Assembly (NCBI RefSeq): GCF_026210795.1
Contig: NC_089431.1
Coordinates: forward strand, 4,650,001-4,714,000
Reading direction: 5' to 3'
DNA: 64,000 nt
DNA from: Rhizophagus irregularis
Lineage: Eukaryota
Shown here piece after piece: positions 1-13,435 of this stretch. The position numbers were made by a program, and so were the translations under genes. The notes below the pieces were generated by a model, which was given only the letters and a program-made list of their open reading frames with translations, was not told the origin of the DNA and did not search any database. Position 1 is the stretch's first letter, and every line of letters starts with the position of its first letter.

Positions 1-1659
1 AAAAATCCTCGTAATATTTTAGCAATAAAATCTATCAACGACCCCAATGCTAAAAAAATTGTTTACGAGGTGATATATTATAACATAAAGTATATTTCGT
101 CTTTATAATAAATTCATTTTCCAATAAAAAAATTCTTCTTTATTATTTTATAGCTTAAAATTCATCGTGAAGTACATTTTAATGATTATATTATAAAATT
201 CCATGGTGTTACAATAAGTATAAATAATTCTAATATTTGATTTTATATGAAATTTTAATATAATTTATGAAAATTATAAATTAAATATTTTATTTTCTTT
301 TAAAAAGATAATCAAAATTCTGGTTCAAAGAAATGCTATATGTTGGTAATGGAATACGCGGACAGTGGTACACTTCGAAATTATTTAGAAAAAAATATTA
401 ACAATCTCACTTGGAATGATAAATTCAAAATGGCATATCAATTAGCTAGTGGTGTATTATGCCTACATGAAGAGGATATTATTCATTGTGATTTGGTAAT
501 TCATTTGTTTATATTACATTTATTATGTATTTATAATTTTAGTTCAGTTATTTATTTATTATTAATTAATAGCACTCCTGCAACGTGTTAGTCCATCAAA
601 ATACAATCAAATTGGCTGATTTTGGACTATCAAAAATTATTAATGACCCAAGTGCATCACAACAAGGTGGTGTAATTCCTTATACTGACCCGAAAAGGTT
701 CGTAACTGATTCATACTCTCTGAACCAAAAGAGCGATGTTTATAGTATTGGCGTACTTCTATGGGAAATATCAAGCTGTCGGCCACCTTTTAGAGATAAG
801 TCTAATCAGCTTGGATTACCGATTAGGATTTCGCAAGGTCTTAGAGAAACACCTATTTCTAATACACCTAAGGACTATGAAAAACTTTATACCGGTAAAT
901 ATAATTTGAAAGCTTAATTATGGTTTAAAATATTATTATCAATAACATTGATGATATTGTTAATTTATAGATTGTTGGAATCATGAACCAGATGATCGTC
1001 CAATTATCCAAAATGTGGTTGCTAGATTAGAAGCAATTATGACGAAATATAATATAACTGAGAGGTCTGCTTGGACACCTCCTATTAATAGTTTATCACA
1101 TAACAATTTGCCTCGAGGTTTTAATAATAATATGAATAATACAATCAAAGTAGAACCTTTAAAGTCACCGAGTAAAGCACCTCAGACTAACTTTTATAAG
1201 CAAAAATCCGAAAAAGATATAGTCGATGGAATAGCTGCTCTTTCTGATGACATATACGATCGAAATAAAAAGCAGAGAATTCTTAATTACATTAAAGAAC
1301 ATCATAAAACTTCAGGAGAAATTTTTGACTGGCTATCAAATAATCAAAGTGAAGCCAACTCTCTTCTTGTACTTGGAGATTTTTATTATTTAGGAATTGC
1401 AACTTTGGCTGATAATAAAAAAGCTTATAAGTACTATGAGGAAGCAGGAAATAAAGGAAATAGCTTAGCTCAGTACACTCTTGGAATTTTAAGTGAAAAG
1501 GAAGAAAGAGATACTTGTGCAGCAATGTATTGGTTTAACGAATCTGCTAAACAAGGAAACCAAAAAGCTATAAATAATTTCTATAGATTACAAAGTGATA
1601 ATTGCAGATCCTATAAACTTACAAATAAATATAGCATGATGGGTCGAAATCTTGTTTAG
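1..1659 (+). CDS. TKL-family protein kinase with C-terminal Sel1 repeats (5' end outside window; about 5 exons visible)
   Basis: Exon segments give LAIK, LVMEYADSGTL, HCDL|HSCN, KLADFGLSK, KSDVYSIGVLLWEISS, CWNHEPDDRP, then Sel1 motifs (LGDFYYLG, AQYTLG). GT-AG introns at about 70-153, 218-307, 496-572 and 895-970. Confidence 0.85.
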
Positions 1660-2375
1660 TTTTTTTTATTATTTAATATTTTATTATTTCATCAGCTTTA
1701 ATTACCTTTTTAAATTATAATACAAAAAATATTAGTTTGTAAACGTTTTATATAATTTTTGTTATTTTTGTTACAAATATTAAAGAGATTTGATAAATTT
1801 TTAAAAAATTTTTATAAAATCGGTTAATTAGCTGTTTGTAAGATTTTGTGATCTTATTTTCGGAGCGAAGCGTATGTGATTGGTAAATTTTGCGGTCACG
1901 TGGATATTTTCGTTTAAAAAACGTCATGTGATGATATGATTCACATTTCACAAAATTTAACCATGATTAATTTAATTTGTTTTCCGCCCGAACTATAATT
2001 TCCATTTTTTCATTGTATAAATATAAAATTCGGAGTTAAAAAATTTGTATATAATCTCTTCTTTTTTATTCCCGAAAGAGAGGAGGATCGATCTATCTAT
2101 GGTTAGATCCGCTGGAGATTTAGTCCGTTAAGCCGATTCCGATTTTGGCGATAAATAAAAAAAAAAAAAAAAAAAAAGGAAAAGATAAACTAGTAAAACA
2201 TATGCCAATGACAAAATTGTGTAACTTCGGGAGTTATCTCAATGTTATATAATGAAATTGTGTCCTGCTACAAGATAATCGGAATAACAATTCCCCCGAT
2301 TGTAAATAAAGTTTATAAACAATCTTTTTTCGAATTTTTTTTTTCATATTAAGAATTTTTTTTTCGTTCATAATT

Positions 2376-4626
2376 ATGTCTAATAAAACAAAATTCAACG
2401 TTGTTACTCGGGTTGATTGGACTAATTGGATTAAAGAAGGCATATCAAATAAAATTATTAAATATTATGAATATAATAGCTTTTCCAGTGTTAAAGAAAT
2501 TGGCTTCAGAAATTCCAGGAAAGTTTATCGTGCAAACTGGAAAAGTTCTCGTAATCCATTAGCCTTAAAAACTATTAATGAAGATACTGCTGAAAAAATT
2601 ATTTATTGGGTAATTACGTTATAAACATATTTCCGTTTTTTATAATAAAGATTTTTCTAATTGAAAAAATATTTTTTTTATCATTTAGCTTAAATTACAA
2701 CGTGAAAAACATTTTTATGATAATATTATAAAGTTTTATGGTGTCACAATAGGTAAAAAAAATTTTGTTATTATTTGCTTTATTATCATTTATGAAATTG
2801 AAATGAACGATCATATTTCTTTTTAATAAGATTATCGATATGATAGTTCAAGGAAGTATATGTTGGTGATGGAATATGCTGACAGTGGTACTCTTCGAAG
2901 ATATTTAAAAGAAAATTTTAGCAGTCTCACTTGGAATGATAAATCCGTTATAGCATATCAATTAGCATACGCTGTATCATGTTTACATGACGAGAATATT
3001 ATTCATGGTGATTTGGTAATTAATTTTATAATAAATAATATATACTATATATATAATTAAAATTTGTAATTAAATTATTTTTATTTATCATTATATAATA
3101 GCATTCTGATAACGTGTTAGTCCATCAAAATACAATCAAATTGGCTGATTTTGGAGTTAATCCAGAAAGATTTTATTCGGATGAATACTCTTTAATTAAA
3201 GGCGATATTTATAATGTTGGCCTACTTCTATGGGAGATATCAAGTGGACGGCCACCTTTTAATGGTGAGAATAGTTATAGACGACCTATCCCCAATACAC
3301 CTAAGGATTATGTAACAATTTATACTGGTAAATATGGTACAAAGTGCTTGATTATGATTGATTATATAATAATTTTGACATTTTTTGCTAATTTAATTAG
3401 ATTGTTGGAAAGAAGACCCCCCAACTATCTACGATATAGTTGCTAGATTAGAAGCCATTATGGAAAGAAATTTTGAGACTAGTAATGATTATCAGCTATA
3501 TGATTTTAATAGAGAAGTCCAGAATTCTAATTCAAGTTTTGTAGAAGATTTATATTCGTGTAATTCTGACGAAGATATCCAGAAATATATATCAAGTTTA
3601 GAGAGAACTGAAAAAGATTTTCATTTACAAAATTCAAATATCCAGCAATCTAGTTTTGAAAAAACTACTAAGGATTTTCGATCTTATGATTCTAAATCAA
3701 ATATCCAAAAACCTATTTCAAGTTTTGCAAAAGATTTTTATTCGTGTAATTCTGACATAGATATTTCAAGTTTAGGGAGAACCGAAGATTTTCAGTTACA
3801 CGATTCTAATTCAAGTTTCAAGCAACTTGGTTCTGAAAGAACCACTAAAGATTTTCGATCTTGTGATTCTAATTCAAATTCACTTTCAAGCTTTGCAAAA
3901 GATTTTTATACGTGTAATTCTAAAATAAGTACCCAACAGTGTTTTTCAAGTTTAGACAAAGTCGCAGAAGATTCTTATTCATATAACTCTGACGCAGATA
4001 TCCAGCAACCTAGTTTTGTAAGGACTACTACTAAAGATTTTCGACCTTATAACTCTAATTCGAATGTCCAGAAACCCATTTCAAGTTTTACAAAAGATTC
4101 TTATTCATATAACTCTGACGTAGATATCCAGCAACCTAGTTTTGTAAGGACTACTACTAAAGATTTTCGACCTTATAACTCTAATTCGAATGTCCAGAAA
4201 CCCATTTCAAGTTTTACAAAAGATTCTTATTCATATAACTCTGACGTAGATATCCAGCAACCTAGTTTTGTAAGGACTACTACTAAAGATTTTCGACCTT
4301 ATAACTCTAATTCGAATGTCCAGAAACCCATTTCAAGTTTCGCAAAAGATTTTTATTCATATAGTTCTGATACAGATATCCAGCAATGTATATCAAGTTT
4401 CGAAAGAGATTTTCAGTTACATGATTCTAATTCAAATTATGAAAATAATAATTCGTATAATTCTAATGTAAATAATCAGCAGTCTATTTCAGGTTCTAGT
4501 AGGATTAATTCATTACCTTATGATAGTGATATTGAGGACCTTATTGGAAGTATTAATAATGATACATCAAGTTCCCGTAATAATAATAATAAATCACCAT
4601 CTGATTTCTGGAAATACCTCAAGTAA
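2376..4626 (+). CDS. TKL-like pseudokinase with long Ser/Asp/Asn-rich repetitive C-terminal tail
   Basis: Same exon layout as the neighbouring kinases. G-loop degenerate (IGFRNSRKVY) and activation segment collapsed (DFGVNPERF). The last exon from 3401 runs in frame into the 3460..4626 ORF. Confidence 0.75.
3970..4347 (+). repeat. Three near-identical 126-bp (42-aa) coding tandem repeats
   Basis: attcttattcatataactctgac recurs at 3971, 4097 and 4223. Peptide unit KDSYSYNSDVDIQQPSFVRTTTKDFRPYNSNSNVQKPISSFT. Confidence 0.95.
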
Positions 4627-6256
4627 AACTATAATTAGTTAAAATTGATCGTTTCTAAAAGTATAAATTTTTAGATTATATTATTATAATTTATAAGATT
4701 TTTATTATAGTAAACATTTTATTTTTAAATTTAGTAAATACATTTATAACTATCAAATAATTTATCAAAGCTAACAAACCCAATAAACAAAAAAAAAATA
4801 ATGTTCAAAACAAACTTAATTGGATAATATAAAGTCTAAAACGTTTTTTAAGATTTGTCATTGATTGCTAATCATTCTTGAAAGAGTTACAGTATCAAAC
4901 TCAGTTGTCCGTTCTTTGATTTAAGTTCATTATAGCTTACAATGATATAAATACATACATGTGCAATCAATTAACTTGATCGATTAAGGTAGAATCAACC
5001 GTCAATTTTCGTGAGTTACAACTTACAAGTCCGTTTACATACAATTATTACAATATTCCAATCGCATAATCAATTAATCGAGAATAACATATTTGGGGAA
5101 CGTTTAAAGCGGAGTAGTTCACGTGATCATTATAAAAAAAAAAATTTGTCACGTTATGTCGTCTCTACTTTTCATTTTTATTAACAGTTAAATATTCCGG
5201 AGACAATTGTGCAAACCTATTTGTCACCCATTATTTGCCACATCCATAATTTCTTAATGCCATAATGCCGGTGAAAACTACCCGATTTTCGGTTAATGAT
5301 CGATCATATTCGATTAAACCAGTAAGTAATATAATTATTTCTGCAACATAAGAGGATGAAGTAATTGTTGTCAATTATAAGGATTACAAATAATGTGTCG
5401 TACTATTATTCCCAAATTCCCAATTTAGTATGCTGACAATTCTTTTTGTCCCATTTCTCCTGCAAAACAATAATAAAGTTATCATCAAATTGATACTCTA
5501 TAAAAAAAATTGAAGATATGAAGATATGAAATTTGTTCAGAAAACACCTTATTTATCTTTACCAATTCTTTGCCAAAACTAGCAAAATTCAGGAAAATAT
5601 AAAACCAATCAAATTCACGAAACCATAAAGCCAGACGAAATTAAAAATATAAAGCTACCGAACATTTTACATTGATGATCAACCGCCGGCGAACCTTCTT
5701 TTTTAGGGTATGATCGAAATTTTTGCGAGTTTTAATGTTATGAAATTACTGAAGATGGATAAAATTTTCTATGCTTATTTTTCGCTCTTAAATGATGAAT
5801 GACGTAAATGAATGCCCAATAATGATTTCCCTTATATGATTAAGATCCAACTTCGGAAATGTTGATAGTAAAAATGCCGATTGTGATATGTAAGTTGCAT
5901 GAGGCTAATTATTAACGCAAAATAATCATGGCGGAGTGTAATTTTATTATTCCCATATTCTATCTGTGTTATTGTTAATAATCCATATGCAGGAAACAAA
6001 CCTTTCTTTTTTTCTTAAAAAAAGAAAAAACTTTACCACATTGAGAATCATTCAATTTCCCAAATATGAAATAATTGAAAGATATCTTGTTTTATTCCAT
6101 ATTTAACATTATAACAATATTAATTTATTAAAACCATACAAATTATTTAATAGTAAAATGGTAATTTCTTCGGTTGTTAACGTTTTATGACTCATGACTC
6201 TTTTTTTTTTAAAAGAAATTTTTTTCTTCCGCAGTGAGAATACTTCTGTAAGTAAA

Positions 6257-7581
6257 ATGTCTCATATCAAAATACCCAAGTGGATAAATTTAATTGAAGA
6301 ACATATTTCAAAAAAACATATTAAATGTTATGAATACAACAACTTTTCTAATCTTAAAGTAATTGGCACAGGAGGCTTTGGAAAGGTCTATCGTGCGAAC
6401 TGGAAAAGTTCTCATAGTACTTTAGCATTAAAACCTTTCAACGATGCTACAGCTGATAAAATTGTCTATGAGGTAGTTATACAGTATATCCTTATAGTGG
6501 AGCCAGTCAAACCGACAATTAAAAAGACAGATACGCCCATGTTACGTAATAAATATATCTATTGTTATGCGTGTACGTGGTGTGACCATTATAGGTTTCG
6601 GTCTTTTGTTCGTCAGCCTTTTGACCTAGATATATATATATGTCTAGAACCATATTGCAGTACATATTTTCGTCTTTGCAATAAATACATTTTATTAAAA
6701 TTCTTTATTATTATTTAGCTTAAGATCCAGAGGGACATAGAATTTCATAAGTATATCGTTAAATTTTTGGGTATTACAATAGGTATATAATTTAATATTA
6801 CTTAATTTTATATGAAGCATTAAATATAATTTATAGAAATATATATTATATTTTCTTTAATAAGATAATCAACAAAGAAATATATACTGGTGATGGAATA
6901 TGCCGACGGTGGTACTCTTCGAGAATACTTAAATAACAATTTTGACAATCTCACTTGGAACGATAAATTAAAAATGGCACATCAATTAACTTGCGCTGTA
7001 TCATACTTACATGATAAGAATATTATCCATCTTAATTTGGTAATTCACTCATATTTGATTACATTTATTTTACGATTATAATTTATAAATTAATTATTTT
7101 ATTCATAATTAAATAATAGCACTCCCAAAACGTGTTAATCCGTCAAAATACGATCAAATTAACTGGTTTTGGATTATCAGATATTTCATGCCAAAATGGT
7201 ATAATTCCGTATATTGACCCAAAAAAATTTTCTTTAGGTAATTACACTTTAAATAAAAAGAGCGATGTTTATAGTATTGGTGTACTTTTATGGGAAATGT
7301 TAAGTGGTCGGCCACCTTTCGAATATGAAGACCAGTATAATTTAAGAACACTGATATCGCAAGGTCTTAGAGAAACACCTATTCCAAATACGCCTAAGAA
7401 TTATGAAATGATTTATACTGGTAAATTATAATTAAAAAGTTCAATTATGTGTGGTTTAAAATATTATTAATGACATCACTGGTATTGTTAATTTATAGGT
7501 TGCTGGAAACATGAACCATATGATCGTCCAACTATTCAAGAGGTAGTCTCTAGATTAGAAGCAATTATTACGAAAAATTAA
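6257..7581 (+). CDS. Stand-alone TKL-like pseudokinase (5 exons)
   Basis: GTGGFGKVY and ALK are intact, but the catalytic loop reads HLNLHSQN (no Asp) and DFG is GFG. Last exon 7499..7581 reads CWKHEPYDRPTIQEVVSRLEAIITKN*. Confidence 0.75.
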
Positions 7582-9097
7582 TGTAACTACAAATAACTTT
7601 AACTTATCTGATATCATAATATGATAGAGGTTGGCAAATAAAATTAGTAAATATTTTTTGGTCAACATTTAGTGAATTAAAAATTAAATATTCTTTTGTG
7701 AATGTTTTATTTTTAAGGATTCATCATGTATAGTACAAAAAGAGTTTGTTTTGCAGTTTTATTAATAAAAACGATCATATTCCTGACGATGTCTGGTATT
7801 TTTTAGGAAATTAGAGAAATATTGTGACGCAATCACAATTTTTACACCAGATTTTGATGTCGTTCGCAATGGAAAAGAAAACAAAAGTATTATTGGAATA
7901 AGATTTTGCACATTTCATTAAAATATTTATATTACAATATATTATAATTTTTACGTCACGACAAGATTATTAAATTGCTGCGTCGCAAAATCATATGATC
8001 TAACATGACCTGTGCACATGATCCGGATGATTGTATAGTATAGTAAATAACTTTTTTATCATCCTGCACACGGACATTAAGTTGATAGTGATCACCATAT
8101 AAAATAAACTATTTTAGACTTTTGTGTATTGTGACTCTTAATAAGTACCCTCGTGCAATTATTTTTGGTTGGTTACGTAAGGAATTTACTATAATATTAC
8201 ACACTTCCTCAGTTCATTTTGATCAAGCAATAACTAACTAGAAATAAGAAAGAGAATGTTATAAGTTATAACTTGTAAATTGTATATAATCGTTTTTTAT
8301 AAAAATGGATTTTTACATTTGCAATAAAAAAAGTTTTTGATTGAAAAATTATATAATGATTTTATAATATGTATTATTCGTTTCTATATTCAGATGCTTA
8401 TTAATTTTGATCAGAAGTGGTATTATGGCTTTGTAATACAGTAATAATATGATCTTAAATTTGCATCACTTTAATAATAATGACAACACTTTCAGGAATA
8501 TTATGATAATTCTATATTGACAAAAAAAGAAATCAGGTATATTATGAATATTATGATAATTCAAAAAAATTTTATATTGACGATTAAAAAAGATTTAATT
8601 TTTTTTTTTGTCTTATGATTGTGAAATTTTTAATTTCCTTTATATGAATTTTATTATTATCTATCTTTACATTAAACAATAAACTTATATTCTGGTGCAC
8701 TAATAAGAAATGGTACAAGATATTACGTCTTTTCTAATTATAATAAAATAATATTTTTTATGGATAATCATTAGAACGAATCATTAGAGACGCTATTCAT
8801 TTATTAACATACGAACTATATAGCCAAAATTTCAGCAAATTAGACGTGATTTTATAACGATATAACTAGAAATTTTTCTTATAATATTATATCTCGCTCT
8901 ATATATAGATAATGCACAGTAACGCCTGACCAAATTGAACTTCTTGTTACATAACAAATTATACAGTATCCATAACATTTATCTATGACTAATATTTAAC
9001 TATTAATTATTTCTACCCTTTATAGTATAAAAATAAAGTAAAATAATTTACGAAAAAAATCTATAAATTTATATCTGATATACAGTAAAAAATAAAT

Positions 9098-11010
9098 TCA
9101 AGGATTATTAAAATCGATATCAAGTTCAAATTCCAGAGTGACGTAATCTATATTCAATTTAAAAAATAAATGGTTATAACGTATAAAAGCATTACTAAGA
9201 TATTATTAAAAGCACCAATAAACTATTTACCTTTATTATGAGGTTTATGGGATTGATTAAAATTCATATTAATATCAAATTTAATTTCGTTCGTAAGATA
9301 TTCTAAAAAAACATAGAAAAGTATAAATTTTAGTTAAAATTATAAATGAATTCGTTAATTAATAATAATTATTTACCATTAATTTCATTTTCACATAATT
9401 TTTCCTTTTTAATACATTGACCTATAAAGTTTTAATTTATTAGAAGTTTGTTTAGTTAATTACAAAATAAAACAACTGGATAAAATTTAATATTCATAAT
9501 ACCATCATTATTATCTGTAACTAGGTCTTCAATTTTTCTTTTACCTTTTAAGAAAATAATGATTATTAATAGTAACATAAATAAGCAAAATTAAATAATT
9601 TATAGGTAAATCTTAATATCATAAATTGTTTACCAGTTCCTAAATTTATAGACAGACTTCTTGAACTCCTTAAAGACATTGCAGAATTAATCATGCTACT
9701 TAAAGGTCTACTCTTATAAATGGCACCTGGATTATTTGTTGTTACAGATCCAATATCTAATGATTCAATAATTTCAGTTGGATTTTTATTCCGTAGCATA
9801 TTTTGAATTTTTCCAAATAAATCAGTAGCTGTTGGTCTTTTCTCCGGATCAGAATGCCAGCATTCTTTCATTAATTCAATATATCCTTCAGGTGCATTTG
9901 TGACAATTGGTGGTCGTAAACCATCCCAAATATCAATAATAAGTTCTGTATCATGATTTCGATCCCAAAAAGGTCTTCTACCTGTCATAAACTCCCACAT
10001 AATCATTCCAAAACTATATATGTCAGAAGCGTTTGTATATTTTTGTCCTTGAAAAATCTCTGGTGCCATATAAGGAATAATACCATAATTCTCATTATTA
10101 TCTGTAGATTCAGTTGCTGATTTACTTATTCCCAGATCACCTACATATGTACTTTCATTTCCATAGATATTTTTACCAATGAAGATATTTCCACTATGTA
10201 AATCTCGGTGAATAATATCTGAATTATGGATATTTTCAAGTCCAAATATTATGTTACGTAATCTAAACAACTTTGTTTCCCAATTAATATTATAAAAGTC
10301 ATTACTTATGTAACGTATCAAATCACCTGAATTATAATATGCCATGACAATCATAATATCTTTGGTAATAGGATCTTGAGTAATTCCAAAATATTGGCTA
10401 ATGTTACTATTATAAGTTTTTCTATCTGAATAAATCTGATATGAGCTAAATAAAAACCATTAAATCAATTTAACATCATCGTTATATTTAAAGATTTAAA
10501 ATATTACATGTACTATACCTCATTTAGTTCCTTTGTTGTAAAGTTTTTAGAATTGTGAAGTTTTTTGAGAACAACAGTATAATTATTATTACGAGAAATA
10601 TTCGCATCATCACGTATAACATTACACCAATTTATGATTGGACCATCAACCCAAGTAGCTTTATAAATTTTACTAAACCCTCCTTCAGCAATAAATTCTA
10701 TATTTTTGAATTGATCATAGGCAACAAACTCCATTTTTCCATTTTCGGAGACAAAGTTAATTTGTGTATATTTGATAAAATCATCAATAGCCTTGTTTCC
10801 ACTTGATTTAAAAATTATTTTTGATTTGTGACACATGCGACAAATCTGATAATCCTCAGCAGATGGTTTTCTTCTTTTATTGCATTCATTACATTTTTTA
10901 TATGCTTTTCTATTTTGTTTAACCGTAGTTTGTGCTTGTTGACATAATTGCATATTATCCGATAATAAAAAGTCAATTTTATGTTTATAATTTGTTAATT
11001 GTTCTATCAT
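9098..11010 (-). CDS. TKL-family protein kinase with N-terminal CxxC motifs and four short 3' exons
   Basis: ORFs give CNEC/CRMC, IAEGGFSKIY, HRDLHSGN, GDLGIS and PYMAPE. Phase-1 exons 9503-9544, 9377-9421, 9231-9302 and 9098-9147 have GT-AG borders and stay in frame to TGA. Confidence 0.8.
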
Positions 11011-11865
11011 ATATTAATTTGTTTTGAAAAAAAGTTAGATTATTTTTTGAGGCAATTAAGAATGTTGTCCAATTTATAAATTTATTTTCAATAATAAATC
11101 TGTATAAATTCTACAAATAATTCTTTTCGAAAGTTTCTAACCCAAAAAGTTAATAACTAACTTAAAATGTATCTTGGAAAATGAATTTTTTGATAAGAAT
11201 TTCTTCAAAGAATGCCCATATGTATCATGTACAATACGTAGTACAAATATAATTTGGCGTAAGTACAAATTCAGTTGTAATTCCAACGAAACAATGAAAA
11301 AAAATTTTCTCATTATTTTTTCATAATACAGTAAACAATATGAAATTTTTTTCATAGATAGGTATTGTTTATTTGAGAACAATACATGTATAATATCAAC
11401 TTTTTTTGATCAACCTTTATAGCGGTCGTTGAATTTAAACAAATAAGTATAATAAACTGAATGTATAACCTTACACCAATGCTTGTCTTTTCTATATAGA
11501 ATCCTTCATTCTTTTCTAGATGCAGTTCTAGAAAAATTCTACAGAGATTAAGAGATTATGTACTACGTGGATCCGGACGTAAGAACTCCTTGCTTAACAT
11601 GAAAAATAAAAAAAAATGATGTAAACAAAAATAAAAATGTTACATAATTATCCCATAATTATCATTTTATCTTTTACAGTATAATCCACATTATATATTG
11701 AGAAAATTATCTATGATTTTATCAGGAAATCAGAAACCATTAAAAGTCCGTTGCTGTGTTTAAATATTAAAAAAAATATTGGTTACAAAAAAATGTCGAA
11801 CAATGAAAGGGTAAAATCGAAAAAGGAAGGGGATGTATGACCGTACAACAAATAGTCCTATACTT

Positions 11866-12155
11866 TAGAATTTGTATCCGTCCATCCGGATATTCATCTA
11901 ATTTGTCTTCCGGATATCCAATTATTTTATTCCACTTGGTAAGATGATCATTTCCATTTTGGTGATAGCTGTCCCACAAAAATTATTTTTCTAAAAATCA
12001 AAAATTTCCTTTTAAAGGGAAATATTTTAGCATAATTCTGGCCGGCATTATAAAATTGGTCAGAGTTACCCTTAATGGATAATATTCGGATATCAAGAAT
12101 TCTGTATCCGTTCAGCGGATATCTATTTTTTAACGGATAACGGATATAAACTCTA
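11866..12155. mobile_element. Non-autonomous hAT-like MITE (about 290 bp)
   Basis: Imperfect TIRs (tagaatttgtatccg / cggatataaactcta). Identical 8-bp flanks ctatactt at 11858-11865 and 12156-12163. Internal atccg/cggat motifs. Confidence 0.7.
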
Positions 12156-13435
12156 CTATACTTCATCGCTTCGCTCGTCAATTATATTTGTGAGATGCAG
12201 CTGTCATAATAATTCCTAACTGCTGCGCAAAAAAAAATTTTTGTTTCAAAAGCTTTTTTCTCGGTAAAATTAGATTTAATTTTTTTTCGATTTCTACAAT
12301 TACAATTATGTTCTAATGTAGCGTTTTTGGCCGATATTCCAGATTACCATATTAAATGAGAGACAAATTGAATAAAAATGTAATGGTTAAATATTTTATC
12401 TGATTTTTGGAAAACTCAAGGTTATACAAAAAGTTTCCAGTTAGTTCTTTGCAAATTCTATCTACTATGTAAAGGTTATTACTAAGTATATTATTATTAA
12501 AATATAAAAATTTGGTATAGATTTATTATCAATTCATTCGTAAATTTGTTAATATCTGTGTTCATATAACAGATTTTATTAAAAGAAATTTCGAATAATC
12601 TTATCATCGAAACAAATAAACCATCAGATAAAATATGCATTTTATATACGACATAAATAATAAACAAATTATTAAAAAAAAAAGAGGCTATAAAAAGTCT
12701 ATTTAGCACATTTAGCAATAAAAAGTTGAAATAAACTGATTTACAACAAACAGTAAAATAGATATTAATTAATATTCAAACGATTGATTATAACTATCAT
12801 CATTTTCATTTATGTAAGTTTTCTGAAAGTCAGACTTTTTGTTCTTGATTTATTATAAGTTAAAGCATATAATATTAGATGTTTATTTAATAGAAATTAC
12901 AACATCCGAAAACTGGTTTTCTTTTAAATTATTTATGCTAAAAGATTGTAAAATAATCTTGTATATTCTAATCATTTTTCTTTCAAAATAAGTTTGATAT
13001 TAAATTTTTTTGGATATACATTTTTATTCTGATTATTGATTATTAGAAAAATATTTAATGGAAACTGTTTCAATTTTTATATAGGAAACCAATAGAAATT
13101 TTCTAAAAAAAATTTTCTGTAAAATTTTATATTTATTTTATATATTTGATAATGAAATTTTATATCGAGAACTCATAAGTATATTATCTTATATAATACA
13201 AGAGGTTATTGTAAAAAATTAAGAACAAATTTTTTAATATAACATTATCTTGTTATATTTTCATGAGGTCATTTAATAATTTGAATAAATTTATTAAGAT
13301 TATTTAAATTACAAACTAAGAATTTTGTAAAACATTTTACTACTCTATCTAGTCTTAGTGTTTAAATAATCCAAGATAAAAAGATAAATAAATAAATAAA
13401 TGATAATAATTTAAAATATAAAAAAAAAAGATTAT

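Noticed and set aside
6486..6660. Possible MITE in the first intron of the third kinase
   Set aside because: The intron is longer than in paralogs and has weak gtcaaa/tttgac symmetry, but I could not define clear TIRs or a TSD.
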